Source of the DNA: Octopus sinensis
Lineage: Eukaryota
Length of the DNA stretch: 64,000 bases
Direction of reading: 5' to 3'
Assembly (NCBI RefSeq): GCF_006345805.1
Contig: NC_043016.1
Span: forward strand, 10,664,001 to 10,728,000
Under the pieces are notes generated by a model, which was given only the letters and a program-made list of their open reading frames with translations, was not told where the DNA came from and made no database searches. The translations under genes and the position numbers were made by a program. Each line of letters starts with the position of its first letter. Within the stretch, counting starts at the first letter, position 1. Below, piece by piece: positions 37,060 to 49,826 of this stretch.

Positions 37060-38623
37060 ATGTATGTAGATAATTGTATGTAATTACTGGAATATATATA
37101 TTATATATATAATATATATAACACTGAAACAGTAAAAGATGAAATAAAAGATAAAATGTATATGGTGTGTTTTGTAGTGAAACACGTGTAGGTCTAGTAA
37201 CCCACTAAATATGCAGTATGAATTGTAAATAAAAGGAAATAAATTTTGGGAGTGAACAAGTCTCCGTATTCGCTATCATTATAATTATTGCTAATCGACA
37301 GACAACCAATATTACCATCCAGACAAGCAAGCACAGAATTACTCATCAGAGGAATTTACAACATTAGTGACAGCTCTTAGTAGTCATAAACAGTAAATAC
37401 TAATCAATGCTGTTAACCATAACCTGGGAACATAACTGAAAGCTACTATGGTATCCACCCAGATAATATTTCCCACAAAACTCACTCACACACACATAAA
37501 GTGTACAGTTCTGTGACGGTAAGATCTTTTTTCTTTTTTCTGCTTACTTTTTCATTTTCCAGTTTTTCAACCTTCCAACTTTTAAATCTACTCCCTTCTC
37601 ACCTTTTCTTGTGTTTTTTTTTCTCTTGTCCTCTCATCCTGTTTTAGCTAGTTATGCCATGTGGGTAGAGCCTGAGGATTGTAAGATGGTACCAGATATG
37701 CTTAAAAATTCTGTCTGAGATGTTTTCATCACATGAAACTATAAGTAGCTCATGAAAATATATATTATGTCTATTAAATCATGTATGTATATATATATAT
37801 ATATGTATGTATGTATATTTATTTTGATATTTGTTTCAGTCATTTGACTGTGGCCATGCTGGAGCACCGCCTTGAAGTGTCTTTGCTGAACAATTTGACC
37901 TTGGGACTTATTTTTAAGGCCTAGTGCTTATTCTATCAGTCTCTTTGTCAAACTGCTAAGTTATGGGAATGTAAACACACCAACACTGGTTGTCAAGTAG
38001 TGATGGGGAACAAACACAGACACAAAAACAAACACATACGTGCACACACGCACACACACACACACACACACATACATACATATATGTGACCGCCAGACTG
38101 GCCCTCGTGCCGGTAGCACGTAAAAGCACCCACTACACACTCGGAGTGGTTGGCGTTAGGAAGGGCATCCAGCTGTAGAAACTCTGCCAGTGAGATTGTA
38201 GCTTGGCGCAGCCATCTGGTTTGCCAGTCCTCAGTCAAATCGTCCAACCCATGCTAGCATGGAAAGTAGACGTTAAATGATGATGATGATGATGATGAAC
38301 TTCTTTCAGTTTCCATCTGCCAAATCTACTCACAAGGCTTGGCTTGGCCTGAGGCTATACTCGAAGACATTTACTCAAGGTGCCATGCAGTGGGACTTAA
38401 CCCAGAACCATGTGGTTGGAAAGCAAGCTTCTTACCACACAGCCACAAATAATGATTTCACATTCAAGTATACACTTGTGGTGTGCTGTTTAAAACCTAT
38501 CCACAGTATTCAGCTATCTTTATAAAAAGATGAGAGACAGGAACTAGAATTCACAAGACTCTTTAAGTCGAACTACTACAAATCACTTCAAATCATTATG
38601 CATCCACATCTCATTATAGGTAC

Positions 38624-38659
38624 CTATAATGCATGACAATTGATTGCACAGAATCTCAC
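38624..38659 (-). CDS. Predicted exon 3 (CEILCNQLSCII)
   Basis: Acceptor cacttgtaccttacag| and donor TAG|gtacct; 36 nt, phase 1 to 1. Confidence 0.45.
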   Translation of the reverse strand: MRFCAINCHAL

Positions 38660-38753
38660 CTGTAAGGTACAAGTGTATGATGAATTGAAATGATTGCAGT
38701 GATTCTGAGTAAAGAGTCTCATGAATTCCATTTTCTGTCTTTCTGTATCCTCT

Positions 38754-38813
<60 letters not shown>

Positions 38814-38918
38814 CTCCTCTTCTCATCTGCTCTCTCTCTCTGTATATGTATATATATATATATATATTATATATATATATAATAATATGTATATATTGTA
38901 TGTATGTATATACATATA

Positions 38919-39791
38919 CAGGGTGTGCTGAATAAACTGTTGTCGAAATTATGCAAAAATGAAAATAACACTGACATCTCATCATAACAGATATATTTAC
39001 CAAAATTACATAAATATATTTTGAAATACTGAAGAGTAAATTTATTCAATAAAATCACCATTGGCTTCAATCACTACCTCCAAATGACTTCTGAATCTCC
39101 CGTGACTCTTCTGGACACTCTCCTTGTTTAATTTGGTGAATGCTGCCATAATTCTTGCCTTCAGTTCATCTTTGGTGTCACAAGGAGTTTTGCTGGTCTC
39201 TTCCTTAAACTGCATCTCACACATAATAATCAAAGGGGTTGTAGTCTGGGGAGTTAGTTGGTCAGATGTTAGGGGTGATGTGGTTGCAGAAATTTTCTGA
39301 CATCCATGACTGGGTACTCCTGCTTATGTAGCATGGTGCAGAGCCCTGTTGCCCGCATTGGGTGTTCCAGAAACACCCCCTTGACCCAGGGCAGCGCTAC
39401 CTCCTCCAGGCACTTGATGTAGGCCTCCATGTTGAGTCTGAGGCTGTGTAGGAAGATGAATGGAGACGTAATGTTCCCATCACTAGTGATCCCTCCAAAC
39501 ACCATGGTGTTGACTGGGGGGTGTTTGATCTTTATCACTCTCGGTACCTGTCCTCAGATTGATACCCAAACACTCTGAAATGATCGTATTGGAGCTTCTG
39601 GCATGAATGCCAAGTAGTACAGTTTCTTGTTTCCAAGCTTCTGACTGAGTAAATTGCATCATGGTGCTGTTTTTCTTACAGACAGTACCCAACTGACCCT
39701 ACAATACTGTGTAGTTGACAAAATGAAAAACAATGTGCATGCGCAAAATTAAAAGTATGAAATGGCGATAATTTACCCATCATATACCCTG
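38919..39791 (-). mobile_element. Deleted Tc1/mariner (maT-like) element
   Basis: TA|CAGGGT…ACCCTG|TA ends. Transposase remnants MVFGGITSDG..SPFIF..LRLN.EAYIKCLEEV and DELKARI.AAF..LNKE.V.K…FRS.LE.V.EANG.FIE. Confidence 0.88.
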
Positions 39792-40169
39792 TATATGTAT
39801 TATATATATATATACTAGGTATTTACAAAGAATAAGCCCTGAGGTCCATTTCTTTTTTAAGGCAGTGCTCCAGTATAGCCACAAACAAATGACTGAAAAC
39901 AGTAAAAAGAAAAAGAATATATATATATATATATTCTTTTACTTTTTACTGTTTTCAGTCATTTGTTTGTGGCTATATGGAGCACTGCCTTTTTTAGTCA
40001 AAGAAATGGACCTCAGGCTTATTCTTTGTAAACCTAGTACTTATTCTATCGGTCTCTTTTGCCAAACTGCTAAGTTACAGGATGTAAACACACCAACATC
40101 ATTTGTCAAGTGATGGTGGTAGGCCCAAAAATACACACACACATATAGGTATATATATATATATGTAAT

Positions 40170-40221
<52 letters not shown>

Positions 40222-40416
40222 TATTAGAGACAAAAACCCACTATTTTTTTACTATTTATTAAATTAAATGTATTGATTAAGTCTTTCCTTGTTTTTGTTT
40301 TGCAAATAGTTGGTTTGTCTCTAATAATATTGTATAATATTTTACTATAAAATTGGATTTAATCCTAATCTGAATTTTTTTTTTTCCCTGTAAATTTGGA
40401 TTTATTCCCTAATATT

Positions 40417-40496
<80 letters not shown>

Positions 40497-40569
40497 TATA
40501 CTATATATATTATATTATATATATATATATTCATATAGATATATATACATATATATATCTATAATATAT

Positions 40570-40603
<34 letters not shown>

Positions 40604-42568
40604 GTGTATATATATATATAATATATATATATATCTATATATATATATATATAGATATATATACATATATATATGTATATATATATATACACATATATAC
40701 ATCTATACATATATATATATATATATATACACACAATATATATACACATCATGGGCTTCTTTCAGTTCCGTCTACCAAATCCACTCTCAAGACTTTGGTC
40801 AGCCTGAGGCTATAGCAGAAGACGCTTGCCCAAGTTGCCATACAGTGGGACTGAACCTGGAAGAATGTGGTTGTGAAGCAATATTCTTACCACACAGCTA
40901 CACCTACGCCTATATATATATATATGTATAAATGTCAAAGGTAATGTCAAAGTCCAATGTTAAAGCCATGAGTAATTGGGTGTGTCAACGTTTTTTCACA
41001 AAAGAACCTACCTTGGGCTGGTCATGTCTTTACTTGTTTGTTTTTTTGAGGTATTCTCACTTTTTGTTGTGTTTATTAGTCATGGCTTTATTAATATAGA
41101 AAATGGTTTTTCTTGTGCTTTGATGTATACTCAGAAGTATTTGGGTAAAGGTTTTATTCGTTTCTTCTGTTATTCTTTTATTTCTTTCTGTTTTGTCATT
41201 TGATTACAGCCATGCTGGAGCACTGCCTTTAGTCAGAGAAATCGACTCCAGGACTTATTCTTTGTAAGCTTGGTACTTATTTCATTGGTCTCTTTTTTGC
41301 TGAACCACTTAGTTACGGGGAATGTAAACACACCAACATCGGTTGTCAAGCGATGGTGGGGGGAACAAATACTGACACACAAATGCACACATACACACAC
41401 ACACATATGACAGGCTCCTTTCAGTTTCCGTCTACCAAATCCACCCACAAGGCTTTGGTCGGCCTGAAGCTATAGTAGAAGATACTTGCCCAAGGTGCCC
41501 CACAGTGGGACTGAACCTGAAACCATGTGGTTGGAGAGCAAGCTACTTACCACACAGCCACTCCAGGCTTCTTTCACTTTCCATCTACCAAATCCACTCA
41601 CAAGGTTTTGGTCAACCTGAAGCTATAGAAGACGATACTTGCCCAAGGTACTAGGCAGCAGGACTGAACCTGGAACCATGTGGTTGGGAAGCAAGCTACT
41701 TACCCATTAGCCTTGCCTGTGCCTTATACATTTCTCTCAAGGTGTTCATTGCTCTATAAGCAATTTGATTAGTATGCAGAGATTTCAAACTTCCTATTTT
41801 GTGGAGGTAGATTTTGTTTGGTGTTTATAAAATTTTTTGTAATTCTGTTCTCGATATATGCTAAAAAGGGGCTGATGCATAAGGTATGTGTATATTCATG
41901 GATGAAAATGGGAACAAAGATATAATATAATTTAATTAGAAATAAAAGAAAAAAGGAGTGACTGTGTGGTAAGTAGCTTGCTTACCAACTACATGGTTCT
42001 GGGTTCATTCCCACTGTGTGGCACCTTAGGCAAGTATCTTCCCTTGAGCCGACCAAAGCCTTGTGAGTGAATTTGGTTGATGGAAACTGAAAGAAGCCTG
42101 TTGTATATATATATGTGTGTGTGTGTGTATGTTTGTGTGTCTGTGTTTGTCCCCCCAACATTGCTTGACAACCGATGGTGGTGTGTTTACGTTCCGTAAC
42201 TTAGTGGTTTGGCAAAAGAGACCGATGGAATAAGTACTAGGCTTACAAAGAATAAGTCCTGGGGTCGATTTGCTCGACTAAAGGCCCTGCTCCAGCATGG
42301 CCACAGTCAAATGACTGAAACAAGTAAAAGAGTAAAGAGTAAAGAGAAGAAGGAATTCTTTCAGTGTGTTTGCATGCAAGTATACATTTTATGTGTGTGT
42401 ATGTAGGTTTGTGTAGTTTTATTAGAAAATCTTTTGTGGGGATTTTAGCTGCACTTTTGTACCGTTGACCTTTATATTGTCAAAGCAAAAGAATTAAATA
42501 CAATAATATCAAAAACAACAAAAAAATTGTCACTCCTGGTGCTGACATATCAAAGGAGAAACACTTAC

Positions 42569-42594
42569 AGGCTTTTTCCATACATGAATAAATT
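42569..42594 (-). CDS. Predicted exon 2 (IYSCMEKA)
   Basis: Acceptor tttgtgttattgttcag| and donor CCT|gtaagt; 26 nt, phase 2 to 1, in frame with exon 1. Confidence 0.55.
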
Positions 42595-43140
42595 CTGAAC
42601 AATAACACAAAGCCATTTCTGCTGTGTCTGGGGAGAGTCATTTTCTTTTTGTGCCTTATAATGTAACACACTCACCGGTAAAATTTCCACTTATTTCTTA
42701 TTTTCATAAGGTTGCAAGGTTGAAAAGGTTGCAAGACACAATGAAAATTTTAGGAATAAAAAATAAAAAACAAGTGGAAATTTTACCAGTGAGTGTGTTA
42801 AATAATAAGGCACTAAAAGAGAATGACTCTCCCCAGACACAACAAAATATGCTTCAACACACGAACTCATATAAAGAATCTTGCAAACCAAATCCAAAAA
42901 CGAAACACAAAGCCAAATTTTATCAATAAAATTTTTTTCCAAAACTCCTTTCCATAACAGACTACAAAAAAAACCTAATCACCATTCCACTCAAAGCCAC
43001 GTACCAAAAGATGATTTTAATTCAACAGAGACTATTTAAAGTCAAGACTAACCATAATGCATCATAGTCCAATGATGGCTTAGCTGGCTGAAACTTCGAA
43101 GTCACTGTCAACAACATTCTTGTAAAAGAATAATAAATTT

Positions 43141-43217
43141 GATATCTATCTATCTATACATACGTATTTCTATCTATCTATCTACCTATCTATCTATCTA
43201 CCTATCTATCTATCTAC

Positions 43218-43253
<36 letters not shown>

Positions 43254-43285
43254 ATATCTATCTATCTACCTATCTATCTATCTAC

Positions 43286-43328
<43 letters not shown>

Positions 43329-43365
43329 CCTATCTATCTATCTTCCTATCTATCTATCTACCTAC

Positions 43366-43429
<64 letters not shown>

Positions 43430-43430
43430 A
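43141..43430. repeat. (TATC)n tetranucleotide microsatellite
   Basis: Directly visible. Confidence 0.97.
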
Positions 43431-43654
43431 TATATATATTATATATATATATATATATATGACAGGCTTCTTTCAATTTCCCTCTACCAAATCTTTTCAC
43501 AAGGCCTTGGTCAGCCTGAGGCTACAGTAGAAGACACTTGCCCAAGGTACCACACAATGGGACTGAAACCAGAACCATGTGGTTGGGAAGCAAGTTTCTT
43601 ACCACACAGCCATGCCTGTGATGATGATAATGATGATGATAACAACAATAATAA

Positions 43655-44050
43655 TACACCAGAAACGGTAACGGATGAAAAGGGGAAGGCAAAAATCCTC
43701 TGGGACATTGGCTTCCAGGCAGACAAGGTGTTAGAGCACCTAAAGCTGGATATAGTAACCTTTATGAGGAACAAACAAGAGTGCCTAATAATTGATGTGG
43801 CAGTGCCAGGAGATCAAACTATTATGAGGAAAGAAAGAGAAAAGATTGGTAAATATGGAAACCTGAGAATTGAGAGATTGCTAAGATGTAGCAGCTACAA
43901 GAGTTGAACACAAAGGATATCATTGATATCATTGGAGCATTAGGTTCAATACCACCCAATCTGAAGAAATATCTGGAAACTTTAGGTGTATTGCAAATGT
44001 CGGCATTACTTGGAACTGCACACATATTGTGTAAAGTACTGTCTGTTTGT
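43655..44050 (+). mobile_element. R4/Dong-like non-LTR restriction-like endonuclease fragment
   Basis: KILWDIGFQADK..EH..LDIV…CLIIDVAVPGD…KEREKIGKY…IGALG…ALLGTAHIL (PD-(D/E)xK-type RLE pattern). Confidence 0.85.
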
Positions 44051-45189
44051 ATAACCTGACTGCTAAAGGGTTAAATTAACTTTGAAATAATTCATGTTTA
44101 AATAAAATAATTCATTATTAAGTTGGGTTTTGAAACAAATTAATATGAAATTTTGATGGAAGGTTTTAAGTTAAATCATTATAAAATAAAAGAATAATTA
44201 TAGGAGTGCTTTCAGGTGGATTGGCATCAAAAGGGGTTTTTTTTCTGTAAAGAACACAATACAGATGCAAAAACAAATCTTTCTTTGAATAAGACAACAA
44301 TCTACCTGGCAGGTGCAAACATTCCTCTGTGTCCTGACACGTGTTTTTGACATCTGGACAAAACTAAAGTAATGAAGAATATAGTGTTCTGAAAAGAGAC
44401 ACCTACAATAGAGTTAACCCTTTCATTCTATTTCTAAGGTAAAACACAGCTTTCATTCAACCATGTAGCATTTAAATTGGCCATCATTTAACATCCACCT
44501 TACATGGGTTGGACAGTTTGATAGGAGCTGGCCAGGCAGAAGACTGCACCAGACTTCTGTGTCTGTTTCAGCATGGCTTTTATGGCTAGATGCCCTTCCT
44601 AATACTAATCACCCAGCAGAATGGACTAAGTGCTCTTTATGTGGCACCAGCACAGGTGAGGTCAGTTTTGGCATGGTTTTTACAGCCAGAAGCTCTTCCA
44701 AATGCTAACCACTTTACAGTGTGGACTGGATGCTTTTTATGTGGTGCCAGTACTGGCAGGATCACCAATCTGGCCCAAATGTTCTACCTGTTTTAGACTA
44801 AGACCTGACCCCCTCACAACTACCCTACAATGTCATTCTAAAAATACACAATCACATGATCAAAATCTTGAAGCTACAAGATAATTAATGATAGATTCAA
44901 AACAATGTGGATGAACAAGAATTACTTTTGACAGAATAACCTGAATGTCAAAAGGTTTATGTCCATTTACCATGCTGGCATATGGGACCACCTTGACAGG
45001 AGCTGACTAGGTCAGGAGGAGCACCAGGTACCATAGTCTGATATAGAAGTGTTATTGCCTCATGAGCAAATCTGTGCTTTTTTTGTTTTGTTTCTGTGAT
45101 AGTGAAAGACAGCTGCTGTTAGTATTGTGATAGCATAGATAGTGTAGTAGTGAAATCTGATGATGAAAATGATATTATGGTTTGCAATA

Positions 45190-46320
45190 CTAACTTCAGG
45201 AAACCTGCCAGTTACCTAGTCATCTATGATTCTGGCAGACATACTAGCTAAATTGACTACATCCTCACCAGAAAAAGGGTAAGATAGCTGCTTATAAATT
45301 CCAAAACCTTCCCAGGCGAAGAATGTATCCCACAATATAGACTGGTAGTTAGTGACTTCAGGATCAGGGCTAAATAGATGTCCAGAAGATGACCAGCATG
45401 GAGGAAAAGGGTCTGGAAGCTTAAAGATCTTGTGAATGGACAGAGATTTAGAGATATATTATTCGAAGCCTTTGACAAAATGGAAGGGGTTATAGCTTCA
45501 CACAATGTGGAAGACAACTGGAGGTTTCTACGAGACAACCTGCTGAGAGCAACTGACCAGGTCTGTGGATGGTGCAAAGTCCCCTCTCGACCTAAAATAA
45601 CGTGGTGGTGGAACAATGTTGTAGACTGTTATTAGAGAAAAGAAACAGGTTTGGAAGGACTGGAAGAATGGTGGTAGCAGGGAATTGTATCAGACTGCCA
45701 AAAGAGAAGCTAGGAGACAGGTTTATTTAGCCAGAGGGGAAGCAGATAAGAAAAAAATTTGCCAATGTTCTGTGCCATGAGGACCAAAGACTTAAAGTAT
45801 TTCGTGTTGCAAGACAGTATGTGAGAGAGAATCATGTTGTCGGAGAGAAATGTGTCCACATAGATGATGGTTCTCTTGCACTAAATGAGGGTGCAAAGAG
45901 AGAGGTTTATAAACGTCACTGTGAAAGGTTGCTGAATAAAGAAAATGAATGGGAGAAAATGAAAGAGAGTCTGCCGAATGTCGATCCAACAGAGGAACCA
46001 GCTATCCGAGTTGACAATACCTTGGTAGATAAAGCAATTAAGTGTAAGAAGCCAGGGAAAGCCCCTGGCCCATCAGGAATCACTGCAGAGATGCTCAAAA
46101 TATCTGGCAGTGTTGGCTATAGCCTAGTCACCCATATAGTTAACCAGGTGATACACAAAGGAGTCATACCCAATGACTGGTGTAGCAGCACCAAAGTCAA
46201 CTGCTACAAAGGTAAAGGTGATGCCTTAGATACAAATAATTACAGAGGTATCAAGTTGTTGGATCAGGTAATGACGGTCACGGAGAGGGTCATACCCCAA
46301 CTAATTAGGGAGAGTCAGTA
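45190..46320 (+). mobile_element. RTE LINE ORF2 fragment (endonuclease end to RT start), with stops and frameshifts
   Basis: IDYILTRK…TFPGEECIPQYRLVV…TWWWN…KAPGPSGITAEMLK…IPNDW…YKGKGDALD..NYRGIKLL. Confidence 0.93.
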
Positions 46321-46382
46321 GATATTGTTTGGCATCTGTGGTTTTGTAAAATATGTCTGTTTCTATTTTTAGGTTTATTTTT

Positions 46383-46730
46383 TTAATTAATATTTCCAAG
46401 AATGGGAGCACCTTTTGGTTGTATTCCATTGGGAATTGTAATTTTTGGGTTGATGCCTTTCATTATTCTTTTGAATCCCAGGAGTTTGTCTGTGTTTTCA
46501 TTCCAGAGGATGAAACAGTCGTCTAGGAATCTTTTCCAATTCACTTTAATGTATTGGGAAAGAGGGTTTCCAAAGGTAGATAAAGATTCCTGGTATATTA
46601 TTATTTCCAGAAAGCCCATTCCTAGGTTCGCAATGACTGGAGCTGCTCTAGTGCTCATGGCAATTCCAGATTTTTGTCGATGAAAAGCGTTATCAAACAT
46701 GAAATGGTTGTTTTGTAGGATGAATTCAGT
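46383..46730 (-). mobile_element. Penelope-like RT fragment
   Basis: FILQNNHFMFDN.FHRQKSGIAM.TRAAPVIANLGMGFLE…WKRFLDDCFILW. Confidence 0.88.
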
Positions 46731-47165
46731 TGTGTGATAAGAAGCTTGATTCCCAACCACATTGTTCCAGGTTCAGTCCCATTGCATGGCACATTGAGCA
46801 AGTGCTTTCTACTATAGCATTTCGCCAACCAAAGCTTTCTGAATAATTTGGTAGATGGAAACTGAAAGAAGCCCATCATGTATATGTATGTATATCTATT
46901 TGTGTGTGTCTTTGTGTCTGTGTTTGTATCCCACAACCACTTCACAACCGGTGTTGATGTGTTCATTTCTCCATAACTTAGCAGTTCAGCAAAAGGGACA
47001 AATAGAATAATTACCAGCTTTAAAAAAAAAAATAAGTACTGGGGTTGATTCATTCAACTAAAAAATTCTTCAAGGCAGTGCCGTAGCATGGGCACAGTCT
47101 AATGACTGAAACAAGTCGGAAATAAAAGATCTGTGTGTGTATATAAATGTGTGTATGTGTGTGTG

Positions 47166-47376
47166 TGAGGCGGGGTGCTGAAAAGTTTCTGACGTTAGGT
47201 AAAAGAAGATCAGTTAATTCTGATTTTATTCAACATATTCCCCTTCTCAGATTCACACACTTTTTGCAGTGGTTCTTCAGTTTTTCTAAGCCCTTTAAAA
47301 GAACTTGGAAGGTTGGTCCTCCAAGCAGGTATTTTTGTGATACCCTTAAAGCCAGGAACTTTTCAACATCCCCTCG
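47166..47376. mobile_element. Mariner-derived MITE
   Basis: Imperfect TIRs GAGGCGGGGTGCTGAAAAGTTTCTG / CCAGGAACTTTTCAACATCCCCTCG|TA. Confidence 0.75.
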
Positions 47377-48463
47377 TATAGCCATCGATGGTTTACTCAA
47401 GGCAGTGCCCCAGCATGGACACAGTCCAGTTACTGAAACAAGTAAAAGCTAAAAAATACACCCACGCACACACACACACACATACCATCATTATTATTAG
47501 CGCAGGAGTGGTTGTGTGGTAAGTAGTTTGTTTACCAACCACATGGTTCCAGGTTCAGTCCCACTGCATGGCACCTTGGGCAAGTGTCTTCTACTATAGC
47601 CTTGGGCCGACCAAAGCCTGTGAGTGGATTTGGTAGACGGAAACTGAAAGAAGCCGTCGTATATATGTATATATATGTACTGCGTGTATGTTTTTGTGTT
47701 TCTGTGTTTGTTCCCCTAGCATTGCTTTACAACCGATGCTGGTGTGTTTATATCTCCGTTACTTAACGGTTCGGCAAAAGAGACCGATAGAATAAGTAAT
47801 GGGCTTACAAAAAAAAAAGAATAAGTCCCGGGGTCGAGTTGCTCGATTTAAAGTGGTGCTCCAGCATGGCCGCAGTCAAAATGACTGAAACAAGTAAAAA
47901 AAAAAAACATTATTTATTGTCCATGTTGAATGTTGGCATTTGTTGGACACAGTCACAGACAGACAAATGGACAGTCAGGCAGACACATAAATAGATACTG
48001 TCATTGATAGATACATACAACGCTCTGTGCGTGCGTGTGTGTGTGTGTGTGTGTGTGTGTTAGGGGGTCTTTTGCTATAAGATCATCTTAGAAAAGAATT
48101 GTTTAAAGGTGCCGCGAGGAGAAAAAATGGAAGGGAGATAACTTAGTAACTGTCATCACAGTTGATTTGGCAGAGACAGTGGAAAGCTGGATTGAATGTT
48201 CTGCCGTATTTCACGTATTTTATCTTTCTGTATTCTGAATTCAAGTTCAGCCAATGTTCGTATGAGTGTGTATATTTATTTACTAAATAAGTTAACGATA
48301 GGAAGAAGGATTATATTTAGTGTATTTCACTATTACGAGAAATAAACGGCAGACGTAAGGAGTTTCAAAAGATTTGTATTGGAAGAGGATTGGATTAAGA
48401 ATAGTGTTTCACAGAAGAGTAAGATGGATATGTCAGTGGCAGGAAAACATATAATGGCTTTGG

Positions 48464-48790
48464 GTGAAACGATTAAATTGGGGTAGTGACAGCTGCCGTT
48501 GTCATCTTCTTTTACTCTTCATCCTTTCATTCTTTTCCAACTTCTTGGTTAAAAGGAAACCATTATTCCTGGCTTTCATTGACTTGGAGATGGCATTTGA
48601 TAGGGTACCACTGTTGGTAAATCTGAGGAAATTAGATGCAAACGAATGGCTTGTGAGGGTTGTAAAAACTATGTACAAAGATTCAGTAAGTAAAGTGAGA
48701 GTCAACAACAATTTTAGGGACATTTAAAGTGGAGTTCATCATGGTTCAGTCTTCAGTATTCTTCTATAATGCTACAGATCTTCTTAGATA
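48464..48790 (+). mobile_element. RTE RT fragment
   Basis: PLFLAFIDLEMAFDRVP…EWLVRVVKTMYKD..SKVRV…GVHHGSV. Confidence 0.8.
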
Positions 48791-49452
48791 AGTATTTTCA
48801 AAGTTGTATCCATGTAAAACAAAAATGCTTTCCAAAGCTCATATTATTCTTTTATATTCATTCACATCACTAAATTTTCTTTATTGACAAACTTACAAAA
48901 TTATAAACCTAGTATTGTTTTTTTTTCCAGCAAAAAAAAAAAGAAAAAACCCCACCTCACTTACATTTATACTACTAAAAGTTTTCTTTGGCAACAAATT
49001 GAAAAGCATTTTGTGGTCCTAATTTATTTTTGGCAAGAAAATCTTCTCAGGTAAATGGTCCTGGTCAACATTTAAGAAAGGTGTGTAGAAATTCTATACT
49101 GTGTGCCCAGTGCAAGCAAGCTACTGACATACAAGAGGTGCATAGGAATCACGGGGAGTTTAATGAAGAAAGGTGCCATATTTGAAAGAGTAAATAAGGG
49201 CTCTACCAAAGAGGAATGTCTCTGTCAACCTCGTCCACCAGGCAACTTCTTTTGCAATAACCACCAGACAAAGGAAAAACTGACTTAAGAAAGCTAGCAA
49301 GTCAGTTACCACTATGGGGCCAGCAATTATAGACAGATCCATTCCACACTTGATGATAGCTGTTTGACATAACTTCACAAGTCAGCAATGCTCAGACACT
49401 GAACGAGTGCATACAGAAAAATTTTGTCATTCTGTACACACCTTGGACAAAC

Positions 49453-49472
49453 CTGTCTGCCAACACATCCAT
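49453..49472 (-). CDS. Predicted exon 1 (MDVLAD-R) of an unannotated minus-strand gene
   Basis: aaggcATGG start context next to a CpG-rich promoter-like segment; donor CAG|gtttgt; phase 2. Confidence 0.5.
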
Positions 49473-49479
49473 GCCTTAG

Positions 49480-49619
49480 AATTTGTACTGACGCTACTGT
49501 GTAAGTTTCAGCGCACATGCGCAGAATTGGATTGCTTCCGGTTGGCCACCGGAAGTTTTCCTCATGCGCATGGGCAGGAACTGAACCTAAAACCGGATCG
49601 CTAAATCGGTCTTTCTGGC
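49480..49619. promoter_or_regulatory. CpG-rich candidate bidirectional promoter (ETS inverted pair flanked by NRF1-like motifs)
   Basis: GCGCACATGCGCA 49511-49523, CTTCCGGT-tggcc-ACCGGAAG 49535-49555, palindrome CATGCGCATG 49563-49572; lies between divergent ATGs at 49472 (-) and 49620 (+). Confidence 0.6.
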
Positions 49620-49726
49620 ATGAGCAGCGCTAGCGTCGGGACGTGGCTTGACTTTCTCTCAGGGAACACCCTACACGCAGAACCTCACCCCAACGAGCTG
49701 GAGCGAACCGATGATTTCTTGACTCG
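49620..49726 (+). CDS. Probable first coding exon of a divergent gene, truncated by the gap (MSSASVGTWLDFLSGNTLHAEPHPNELERTDDFLT)
   Basis: GC-rich non-repetitive ORF starting at ggcATG directly after the promoter motifs; no homology recognised. Confidence 0.35.
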
Positions 49727-49826
49727 NNNNNNNNNNNNNNNNNNNNNNNNNNNNNNNNNNNNNNNNNNNNNNNNNNNNNNNNNNNNNNNNNNNNNNNNNN
49801 NNNNNNNNNNNNNNNNNNNNNNNNNN
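49727..49826. other. Assembly gap (100 N)
   Basis: Run of exactly 100 N, typical of a scaffolding placeholder. Confidence 0.99.

Noticed and set aside
37230-37400. Minus-strand segment MSNSVLACLDGNIGCLSI resembling a beta-propeller blade
   Set aside because: An in-frame stop lies just upstream with no usable acceptor; it cannot be placed in the model.
37648-41800. Isolated + strand exon-like pieces (SYAMWVEPED at 37648; VHCSISNLISMQRFQTSYFVE near 41732)
   Set aside because: No start, partner exons or consistent phase chain; such splice-like motifs are expected by chance in AT-rich introns.
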